In this document: positions 27,547 through 39,500 of the stretch, one piece after another
How the letters are laid out: every line of letters starts with the position of its first letter
How positions within the stretch are numbered: the stretch's first letter is position 1
Source of the DNA: a virus
DNA: 64,000 nucleotides
Virus record (IMG/VR): IMGVR_UViG_3300039308_000034
Span: 15,206-79,205 of that record
Reading direction: 5' to 3' (one strand)
Program-made: the position numbers and the translations under genes
The notes under the pieces: model-generated
What the model saw: only the letters and a program-made list of their open reading frames with translations
Database searches by the model: none
Told to the model about the DNA's origin: nothing

Positions 27547-30500
27547 ATGACTGAAGAAAACAAGATTGAACGATACGGCATAAGCGCTGAATACTCCTTT
27601 GATGCGTCCGAAAATACGTTTGCAACGATGAAACAAGTCGTTGCGGGATTGCAGACGATCGAGGATGCGGTCAAGCAAACGAGCAGCGCAATTAAGCAGT
27701 CAGGGTTGGCGCAAAACCTGCGTCAGATGGCAAACCAGGCGGGGGGAGCAATCGGACAAGCTACCCAACAGATGCAGCAAATGGGGCAGGGCTCCAAGCA
27801 AACCGGAAATCAGCTTCAGCAGCTTGCTCAAGAATTTCGGGCACTTCGAGCTGAGAGTAAAGCGATCGATCTCAGCGAGATTGCTGACCCACAACAGTTT
27901 AAGAAAGCGGAGACCGGGCTAAATGAATACATCCGGCAGCTAGAGCAGCTCAAAAAACAGATTGACACGACCACTCCTCAAGGTCGGCAAATGGCAGCGC
28001 AGATCCAGCGCGAACAGATGGTTGCCAGTCGCCAGATCGGCAAAATTAACCAGCAGGCACAGTCTTCTTCTCAGGATGCGGCACGCCAACTCGGTAACTT
28101 AGGCAAGGAGTTTCGAGCCCTGCGGGCAGAAGCACAAAATATTGATTTCGGTGATCTTGATGATCCCAATCAGTTTAAGCAAGCGACTCAGCAGATTGAG
28201 AAATATATTACCGAGCTGAAGAAGCTAGAGGCACAGGTTGATAAAACCTCACCGGAGGGTCGAACCCTGGCAGCTCAAATGCAACGATCCCAGACGATTG
28301 CCGGTAACCGACTCGACCGCGCCAACCTGGAACGACAATCAGCGAAAGCACAAGAGCGGCAAGGAATGGCAGCCGGAGTTGCCGGAGCCGGAGCTGCTGT
28401 CATGTTGCCAATGATTGGACTGGGGAAAGAAGCCATTTCCACAGTTAGCGAATTCAGCGACCAAATGATGGAGGTAAAAGCCGTCCTCGATCCGAAGGAT
28501 TGGGGAATGTTGGATGCAATTCGCCAAAAGGCAAAAGATTTAGGAGCCAGCACTCGTTACTCTGCTTCAGAAGCCGCATCTGGTTTTGTACTGCTTGCTC
28601 AAGCAGGTTACGACGTTGACAAGCAGATGAAGGCGATCGACGGCACTCTGAGTCTTGCTGCGGCTGGCAATCTACAACTGGCTCGTGCCACTGAAATTAC
28701 GGTTAGCACCCTTGGTCAATTTCAGATAGATGCTACCAAGGCGACCCATGTTGCCAACGTATTAGCGAAAGCAGCGGCAATGGGTCAACTCGATGTCAAT
28801 GACATGGGTGAATCCTTGAAATATGCCGGAGGTTCAGCAAAACGAGCAAACGTTAGCTTTGAGCAAACCTCCGCAATGTTAGCGCTGCTATCTGAAGGCG
28901 GACTAAAGGGTGAAATGGCAGGCAGTAACTTGGCATCCATGATGGACTCCATTACTGCTCCCAGTAGCACTGCTTCTAAAGCCCTGAGACAACTTGGCAT
29001 TATCACCAAGGATGCACGAGGAAACTTACTGCCATTCGATCGGATATTAGGACAACTAAACAACAGGCTCAGCAAAATGGGTTCGGGTCGTCGAGCCAGT
29101 TTTGAGAGTGCCATCTTTGGGACTACTGGTGGGCGCGCAGCCTCAATTCTGTTGCCGCGACTCAGTAAACTCGGGTCTGCAACCAGTGAGATTATGAATA
29201 CTGCCGACCAGGGGATCGGGTCAGCAGCCGAGCAAGCTCAAATCATGGAATCTGATATTGGTGGGGCTTTCCGAAGCTTGCAGTCTGCCATGCAGGGCGC
29301 GTTTATCGAAATTGGAGAACGGATTGCTCCTGCCGTTAAGGCAGCGACGCAAGCCATTACAGGATTACTCAAAACCTTTATCAAACTTCCGGAGCCAATC
29401 AAGACTGCCATTATCTTGACGGGAGCTATTGTTACAGGACTGGCAACGCTGGCAGTTGTACTAGGGACCGTTGGCATTGCCTTCTTTGGTTTTCAAGCGG
29501 CAATGGCTCAGGCGGCGATCGGGATGAGTGCAATGGCAGGGGCAGGAGTGCCGCTGACTGGGTTCTTTGCAACCGTAATGCAAGCTTTCTCAACGGGTGG
29601 CATCATTACTGGATTTGCTGGGTTAGGAACAAGCATTAGTACAGCTGCAGCAGCGCTGGGCGCATTCATTACAGGACCCGTTGGACTGTTGCTCGTTGCT
29701 GGAGCCGCGATCGTCGGCTTATTGGAAATCCTCACTCCTGGTTTTAATGTCCTGGGCACTGTTGTCGGGGTGGCACTCAGTCCGATCGCTTTTACATTTG
29801 GGTTGGTCAGAGGAGCACTCCAGGGATTATGGGTTGCTCTTAAGCCTGTCGTCACTGAGTTCTCCGGCATGAGCGGAGACGGGAAATATCTCTCTGATGT
29901 GATGCAGACGATCGCCAAGGTTCTGAGCAATGTTGCCGGAGTTGGAAAAGTTGCTGGAAAGGTTCTGGGTTTTCTAGTTGGGGCTGGCATTGCCACTCCA
30001 TTGAAATGGCTAATCAAAGGGTTTAAGTTTCTTATTGGGATGTTGCGCGGTGTGGGCATGGTTGCCGGGACGATCGCCGCTCCCTTTGTGTGGGCAATTC
30101 AGCAAATTGGTAGAGCATGGCAGGGCTTCGTGGACTGGTTCCAGAAAATGCCACTGGTTAAGTTTGCGCTCGATATTGCCCAGAAGTTAATTAATGCCCT
30201 AAATCATAATCCCACCGAGCGCATCCCTGAAGCTTGGGATAAAGCAGTGCAGCGAATTCAGGGGCTATTTGAATGGCTCGGACGTGCCGGACAAGCAACA
30301 GCAGAGGTTTTGTCCTACCTGCTCGACCCTTCCCGCATCTTCAAAGGCATTTTGCGTGGACTGATTACCCTGGTTCAAAATACGATTTCCACCATTCAGG
30401 ACAGTGGCATCGGGCAGGTGCTCGACAAGATTGGATTTGATGCACCGATCGATGGTTTACAGGCAGGCTTAGAAAAGCTTAAAGCGATGACTGAGGACAA

Positions 30501-33500
30501 GCCATTACAGGTTGAAGTCATCCCCAAACTGGACAGCACGATTCAGTCTGTTGCAGAAACCAAACCTGTTTCTCTAGCAGTTCAGCCAGTCGTAGATAAG
30601 CCTGATCTCACCTCAGTTCAGTCCATCAAACCGAGCGCGGTTCCGATTCAACCCACTCTGAGCAAAACTCCGGCACTGGGAATGCTGCCAACCCCAACAG
30701 CGGCTCCCACGCTCCAAACTCCTAACTTGAGCAATTTCCTGTCTGCACTCACTACCCAACTTGAGACTGCCAAAACGATCGCCGCTCAGACCTTTGGTGA
30801 AATCAAGCAATCTTGGCTAGATAACTGGAGTTTCTTGCAACGGTCTGGCACAACCGATCTCAGCCAACTATTTGCACCAGGAATTGATACCCTCAAAGCT
30901 CAACTCTCAACTGTACGGCAAGACTTTCAGTCCTTTGCTCAAGAAACGATCGCCGCCATTGGCAGTATGGACTGGGAAAAAGCCAAGCAATCAGCACAGA
31001 ACTTTGGCACAACACTTAGTGGAGCTGCTCAAAGTGCAGGCAAGGCAATCGGTGGATTAACCCTAAGCACCATAGCCCTTGGTGTGTTTTCGCTAACTTC
31101 CCTCAGCCCGCTAGTGCTAATTCTGGGCGGCATTGGCTTGACAGCACTCGCTATTGCAACTGATTTTTTGGGCATCCGCACCGCCATCATGGGTGTGATG
31201 AAAATGATTGGCGGACTGATCAATGTGGTCAGGGGTGCGATCGAAGTGTTTGTTGCACTACTTACCACTGCCACTAATACAGTGCAGGGCATCCTGAAAG
31301 TTTTGGATGGGATTCTGCCTGCCCTTCGGGGCGATTTCTCCCAAATGCAAGCTGGATGGAATCAAATTACGCAAGGATTCCAGGCAGGTGCAATCGAAAT
31401 CTCACAGGCATTTGGGCGAATGGGTCGCGGCATTGGGCAAGTTTTTGAAGGCGCGTTTCAAGTTGTACATGGCATTGGGGAAGGCATTTTTAGAGCAATT
31501 ACTGGAACAGCACAGGCTATCAAGCTAATCTTCCAGGGCATTGGCGCAACCATTAACGGTACTGCCAAACTGATCAGTTTAATTGGAGAAGGATTTCGGG
31601 CAATTCCTAGCGTCGTTGGAGAAGTTGGGCAGAAGATTCAGGCAAAGTGGCAGGCACTCAACAGTTGGATCAGTAATCTCAATTTGGTTCCCGATCTCAG
31701 CAGCTTCAGCAAGGTGGGCGACCGAATCAGCGGAGTGCTTAGCAGTGCGAAGACCCTGATTCAGACGGGAGTTGAGCAGATTCATTCTATTTGGAACGGT
31801 CTCAAGCTGAATCTACCTCATCTTGATCTCAGTCCAATACTGGGACTGCCCGATCGCATTCAGGGCATTGTGCAGCAAGCAGCTGGTGTTGTTCAAAGTG
31901 CAATTGCCCGGATTCAGCAAATCTGGCAAACTCTAACCTTCCATTTCCCTACGCTCGATCTCAGCCACCTAACCGCGCTGCCCAACCGCATTCAAGGCGT
32001 TGTGCAGCAAGCAACAGATGTTGTTCAAAGTGCGATTGCCCGGATTCAGCAGATCTGGCAAACTCTAACCTTCCATCTCCCTACGCTCGATCTCAGCCAC
32101 CTAACCGCACTGCCCGATCGCATTCAAGGCATTATTACCACCATTCGCAGCACTTTCGATGCTGGCACAACTCAAATTCGATCGACCTGGGACACGATCA
32201 GTCACCTTGCTCTGCCAGGGCTAAAGACCGTAATCGATACAGTCAAAGGTTTGCCGCCAATCTTCGAAGGAGCGATCGAGCGGATCAAGTCGCTCTGGTC
32301 TGGGGTGGGCGACAAAATTAGTAGCGTGTTGGGGTTTGTGCGAGGCAAATCAAAACAGGTTGGAGAAGAAATTACGCATAACCTGTCTGAAAACTCTCCG
32401 GGCCCGACCTTTCAGATTCGGATGAAATGGGCAATGACCGCCGAATCGGTGCAAGAACGAATGGTCAGCATTGCTCAACAAGCCAAACTGAGCGGACAGC
32501 AAATTGCTGATCGGGTTGTGGGTGGCTTTGAACAGATTCAGGTTGGCGCTAAGGCGAAGCTATCAGGTGTCAAGCAGCAGATTAGTTCAGCATTGAACGG
32601 TAAAGGCGTTGGAGCAGTTGGGCGCAGCTTTAGTTCAGTGGGAATGGCACTCAGCAATATTTCGCCACAGCTCGCAGCACCGCTGTTTGTGATGTCGGAC
32701 TTGATCGACACTTCCCAAACGCTTTCTGAAACCTTACCTGAAGCCCAAAAATTCTTTACCGGGCTTCTCCCAAAAGTGAAAGGATTGGGTGGAGCTGTTG
32801 GCGGACTGGTGCCCAAACTGGCAGGGATGTTGAGTGGGCTAATTCCAATTTTGACCAGCCTCAGCACAACTGCAATAACTGCACTTGGGGCAGTCGTCAC
32901 ACCACTGCTACCGATTATTGGCACGATCGCTGCGATTGGCATCGGCGTGATTCTGCTTCGCAAAGCATGGCAGAAAAACTTTTTGGGCATTCGATCGCTT
33001 GTTGAAACCATCGGTTCTGCAATTCAATCCCTATTTGCAGGCATCCTCAAATTTGCTGATCGCTTCCTCAATCCCCTTCGGCTCATTCAAGGTCTGTTCT
33101 CTCTGATTCGCCAGGGACTGAGCGGGCTGGGTAAGTTGTTCATTCCCCTTATGGGAATTACTACGGCAATTCAGGGAGGTTGGCAAGGCTTCAAGGATTG
33201 GTTTAACAGCCTGTTCAATGGATTGCCGATTAAAGCAGCTGATGCCAGCAAGAAGGTACAGCAAGCACTCTACACACCAACCAAAAAAGTACCCCCTCCA
33301 TGGGAAGCTGCGGTCCAGAAAGTTAAAGAGCAGATTGGCTCTCTCACTGCAATGGGGCAATCGATCGACCTCCCCCAAATGACTAGCCCCACAATTCAAC
33401 CCACCATTGCTCCAATTCCCACCATTACTAGCCCTACGATTCAGCCCACAATTGCCCCTGTTTCTCAGATTACAGCACCCCCTATCCTCGCTTCGACTGC

Positions 33501-36500
33501 TCCTGGACTTGCCACCATTCCACCTCAAATTGCCCAGATTAAAACCGGAATGGAAGAGCTAGGGCAGACATGGCAAGCCGAAACTGACCAGATGCAACAG
33601 CAGGGTATCGCTGCCTTTACCTCTGTCTTCAGTCCACTTGCCGATCGTGCCAAGACTGCCTTTGGGCAGCTACATCAGCGAGTCGCAGAATTCGTGGCAC
33701 AGGTGCAAGCATTGATGTCCAACGTAACGCTTGATAACTTGAACGAGGGAATTCAGGGCATTGGCAAGCAGTTGAAGGCATCCGTTCAACAGGCAGGCAA
33801 TAGTTTAAACGCTGCAACCCTCTCTGCAATTGCTTTCGGTGTAACCTCACTGCTTTCTCTGAGCCCAATCATTCTGATTCTGGGAGCGATCGGTTTAGGA
33901 GCACTGGCGATTGCCACAAACTTCCTGGGAGTCAGGACTGCCATTTTAGGCGTGTTCAAAATTGTTACAGGCTTGTTTAATACGGTGCGAGGTGGGTTGG
34001 AAACCATGACCGCCCTGATTACGACTGTCATTAATGCAGCCCGCAGCATGGCTCAAATCCTGGGAGGCATTCCCGCTGCTTTCCGAGGTGACCCCTCGCA
34101 GATGCAAGCCGGATTTGGTTCGCTAGTTGAGTCATTCCAAACCGGAGCCAGCCAGATCAAGCAAGCTTTCAATCGCATTGGACGCGGAGTCGGGCAAATC
34201 TTTGAAGGAGCCTACCAGGTTGTCAGCGGCATTGTTGATGGACTCATTCGACTATTCCAGGGGTTAGGTCAAGCGATCGAGTTGGTATTTAAGGGAGCCA
34301 GTGCAATCGTTACGGGGTTGGGTAGAACATTTCAGTTAGTGGGAGATGGGATTCAATCACTGCCGGGAATCGTGACCACTGCTGGGGATAAGCTGAAAGC
34401 AACCTGGCAGAACGTCACAGCCGCAGTTCACAACTTACCCTTCTTACCCAATCTGCAAGATCTACAGCAGCTCCCCGATCGCGTGGCTGGCATCTTCAAC
34501 ATTATTAAAGAGCAAGTACAAAAAGGGATTACTCAAATCCAGTCGGCTTGGCAAAGCTGGAACCTGCATTTGCCAGAAATCAATCTAAGCAGTTTGCAGC
34601 CGGTGGTAGAACGAACCAAAGCCACTGCTCAACAAATTCTAGGATTTTTCCAGAACCTCACCTTAAGACTGCCTGAACTGAACTTGAGCAACCTGCTTAA
34701 CGTACCAGAGCGCATTAGCAGCACGATCGCTCAAATTCAGGCAACCTGGACAAAGCTCAATCTCCCTTTCCCTGAAATTAAGCTGAGTGCTCTGCAAACA
34801 ATCCCCGATCGCGTTCACTCGCTGATATCGCAGGTACAGAACTACTGGAATAGTCTGGCTCTCAAATTTCCTTTACCTGACCTGAGCAGTCTGGAAGGAG
34901 TCAGCGATCGAGTACGTGGGGTCATCAGCGCAACTCAAGAGGTAATCGCAGCCGGAATTGCTCAGATCCGATCGATCTGGCAAACCCTTACCACGCTCGA
35001 TGATGTGCCAATCCTGCAAGGATTCGTTGATTTTGCCAAAACCCTTCCCGACATTTTTCAGGCAGCGATCGAGCAAATTAAGTCGCTGTGGGGTGGTTTG
35101 GGTGACAAGGTAAAAAACGTATTCGGCTTCATGCGCGGCAAGTCGAAAGAAACCGGGCAGGAGATGATTAGCAACCTTGCTGAAAACTCTCCGGGTCCGA
35201 CATTTCAGATTCGCCAAAAGTGGCAGATGACCGCCGAACGGATTCAGGCGTATTTGTCAGGTGTTGCCGAACATGCCCAAGTCACAGGTCAGCAGATTGC
35301 AACTCAAATTACTGCCGGAACCCAGCAAGCCGCGACCGCTGCCAAAACAAAATTAGGCGCGATCGGGCAAAGCCTGAATCAGGCATTGGGCGGCAAGGGT
35401 GTTTACGCAATGGGACGCAGCTTCAGTTCAGTCGGCATGGTATTGAGCAACTTTGCACCTCAAGCTGCCGCTCCGCTGTTCATGCTGTCTGATCTAGTCG
35501 ATACATCGCAGACTCTCTCCGAAACACTGCCTGAAACTCAAAAGTTCTTTACTGGGCTATTGCCCAAGGTGAAGGGACTGGGGGGAGCTGTTGGCGGACT
35601 GTTACCCAAATTAGGGGGACTGGTCAGTGGCATAATTCCGCTCTTTGGTAGCTTGGGCACTGCTGCGACAACCGCGCTGGCTGCAATTGCGGGTCCACTG
35701 TTGCCGATTATTGCCGGGATTGCTGCGGTGATTGCAGTGGGCTATTTGCTATACCAGGCATTCAAACAAAACTTCCTTGGCATTCGATCGCTCGTGCAGG
35801 GTGTTGGTAAAGCCTTGACAGGCACATTCAAGCTCATTGGGGCGGTCGTTCAGGGAATTGCTGATTTGATTGGCAATACGTTTGGTGCAGCGATTCAAAC
35901 GGTAGTGCGAGTTGCCAGTTCAATCGGCTCTTTCCTAATTGCTCCCTTTGTTGCTGCTAAAAACCAGATTCAGAGTGCATGGCAAGGATTTCAGCAATGG
36001 TTTAGCGGACTGATGGGCGGCTTGCCTAATCTGGCTGCCGAAGCAGGCAAGCGGATTATTGGCTTCTTGAATCACAATCCAACCATCGTGATTCCTGACT
36101 CCTGGGAAGGCGCGGTTCAACGCATCAGTGGTGATCTCTCAACGTTACCTGGAGTAGCGCAGGATGTGGGTCAGCAAATGGTAGGAGCAATTCAGCCCGA
36201 TACCATTCCGAATCAACTCAGTGACTCGATCGGTGCATTTGGCGAAACTGCCTCAACTGTAGCTGGGCAAGTCAGCAATGGCTTTAAAGGCATGACCCTG
36301 GCATCAGTCGCTTTTGGTGTTTCCTCGCTCACCTCCCTTGCCCCGATCGCGCTGATCATGGCTGGCATTGCTTTAGCAGCTCTGGCAGTTGCAACGAATT
36401 TCCTCGGCATTCGCACCATTCTCGGCGGACTATGGCGCGTCATTCAGGGAGTGGTAGAGATTGCAGTCTCTGGGTTTAAGGCAGTTTTACAGGTCCTCAA

Positions 36501-39500
36501 AGGACTGTTCCAGATTCTGGGCAGCGTTCCGGCAGCCCTGATGGGTGACTTCTCCGGCATTCTGGCAGGCTGGCAAGTTGTGGCCGCAGGGATGAAGCAA
36601 GCGGCTGATTCATTGATGAGTGGAATGCAAACCATTTTTGGAGGTGGAGCACAAGTTATTCGTGGCATTTTTGAAGGGCTGGGGCAAATCGTCAAAGTTG
36701 ATGTCTTTGACAAGATGCTTAATGCTGCTAGAGAGTTTGTTTCTCAGGTGCAAGCCTGGTTTGAGAAGCTATCTAGCACAATGACCACTACCCTCAGCAA
36801 ACCAGCCGAGATGATGAGTGGTCTGTTTCGCCGGAAACAAAAAGGGGTTGCACCTGCGGCATCACCCATTCTGGAATCGCAGGCGATCGTTCCTGATATT
36901 CAAGCAGCTCCAATCATCAATGCAGTTCCCCTTATCCCCGAATCCCGTGCAGTTCAGCAATCCCCTTCAGTCTCTATTGCCCAACCCCAAATCTCCTCTT
37001 CAGCCTCCAGTTCCAATTTGGATAGCCTCACTCAACAACTCAGTACCGCTGAATCTGGAATTGAGACGATACAATCTCGAACCCAAACTGCACTCAATGC
37101 CACCACTTCCGGCATCAGTTCTTTAGGGGTTGCCCTCTCCAACTTTGCCCCCCAACTAGCAGCCCCACTGTTTATCCTTACCGATATGATTGATGGCTTT
37201 CTTGGGGTAACGCAGGCAATTCCAGTCTTCAAAGCAGCGATCGTAGGGAGTGCCGCAGTGACAGCCACCACGAATGTTGAAATGACTGCCAGTAACCTTG
37301 CCCTTGCCGGAAGCAACGAGATGGTTGCAGCGACAAGCCTGAGAACTCGACTAGCGATGATGCTCACGGCGGTTCAACAAAAGGCGATCGCTGCTTCAAA
37401 CTGGGTTGTTTCTGCCTCCAACTGGGTTGCGGTTCAGAGTCAGCAAGCCCTGTCCAGCGCCACAGTGCAGTCGGGTTTAGCAATGCTCTGGAATCAGATA
37501 CAACAAAAAGCTGCGACCACCTATAACGGGATGGTTGCTGCCTCCAACTGGCTTGTAGCAACCAGCCAGCAAGCGATTACTTGGGCAACTTCTGAGACCG
37601 GACTCGCAATGATTGGGGCAACCCTTCAGAAACAGGTGTCTACAGCCTGGAACTGGTTATTGGCAGCCAGCAATCAAGCTGTTGCCGGAACAACGACCGA
37701 AGCAGGATTGACAATGCTTTGGTACAGCATTCAATCGAAAGCAGCGGTGGTCTGGAATGGCATTTTGATGGGTTGGAACTGGTTGCTGTCTCTCAGCTTT
37801 GAAGGGATTGCAGTAGCGGCAACGGCGGCATGGTCAGCCGTTCTCGCACCCATCATGCCGGTCGTTCTGGCAATCGGGGCAGTTGTTGGAGCTGTTGTTT
37901 TGCTCTGGCAGGCATTCAAAAATAATTGGGGTGGCATGGGGGATGCCATGTCTGGGGTCATGCAGGGCATTCAGGACTTTTTTGCCCAAATTTGGAATGG
38001 AATCAAAGCAGTGGTGGCATTAGGGGTGCAGTTTGCTCAATTCTCCTTCTCGATCTCCCCAATCGTCATTGCCTTCAAAATGTTGTGGGGTGTAATTCAA
38101 GGGGTGTTAGTGGGAGTTGTCGCCGCTTGGAACTCGAGCTTCGCCATCATTGCTGAAAATATCAGCACAACCTTCGGCACAATCAAACAGGTTATTGTCT
38201 CTGCCTTTCAGCCTTTTTCTGAAATGTTTGCTCAACTCAGTAGCAGCCTCAATCAAAGCCAAAGGCAGGTCGGTGGACTGGGTACAGCAATTAGTGCGCT
38301 CGTCAATATCTTGCTGATTCCGACTAAACTCATCACCGCAGTACTTGGCGTATTGCTGCGAGCGATCGGACTGATTATGCAGGCGCTGGTCGTGGTCGGT
38401 GGAGTAATCTTTAAAGCCCTGCTTGTGCCCTTCCGCATTGTGGCAGGAGTCGTGATGGGCATCATCCAGATTGGGCTAGGCGTCAAAGATGTTTTCATGG
38501 ATGTGCTCGGTAGTGTCTGGGGTGCGTTGCAGTCGATCGCGCAAGCATTTCAACCGATGTTTGATGCGATTACCCAAATTGGCACAACTTTACGAGATGC
38601 CCTAAGCCCACTACTAGGAAAAGCTGCGGGCGGCGATAGCTTTGGAGCTGGAATTAAAGCAGTCATTAAAGCAGTCCTCATCCCAATTCGGGTTATTGCG
38701 GGAATTATTCAGGTCATCTTTAAGGCAATCTCGCTCATCATTAAGCTTGTTGCAGCTGTTCTTAGCCCTGTGATTCGGGGACTGGCTGTACCCATTCAAA
38801 TCGTGGCGACTACCTTAAAGATTGTCGTTGCTGTAATTAGTACAATCTTCAACGTGATTGGCAGCATCGTTTCCTTCATCGGCAGCGCGCTCCAGTCCAT
38901 TTACAATCTGATTCCGGCTCCCATCCGCTGGTTTTTGGAAACGATCGGCAAGGGAATTGGCTCAGTTGTGAGTTTCCTGTTCGGTAGTGGACAGCAAGAA
39001 CAGGCACAGCCCACTCAGAAGCCGCAGAAATTTGCCTCTGGAGGTTTGGTCACAAATCCGGGCTTAGTTTCTGGTGCAGGCGGTGGCACAAGCGATCGAA
39101 TTCCGGCAATGCTCAGTAATGGCGAGTTTGTGATGCGAGCAGCGGCAACGAGAATGTTTATGCCCTGGCTCAACGCGATGAATCAGGGTCAAAACCCGAT
39201 CGCCTCGCTGATGGGCGGCATGCAGCAACAGCAATCTAGCTTTGTGCAGGCTTTACTGTCAGGTACTCCGGCTAAATCAGCGCTGCAACTCTTACCGATC
39301 GCACCTCCGGCAATTCCTCAGACCCCGATTGCTCCAGCACAGCAGGCAAAGTTACCGGAAGGCGTGAGTGTAACGGTGCAACTGACGATTCAAAATATTA
39401 CTGTTGTCAGCGATAGCGATACCTCTAGCGCCGCTCGTCGATTAGCAGAGGAAGTGCAGCCCGAATTTGAACGTATGGTGCGCGATGCCCTCAGAGATAT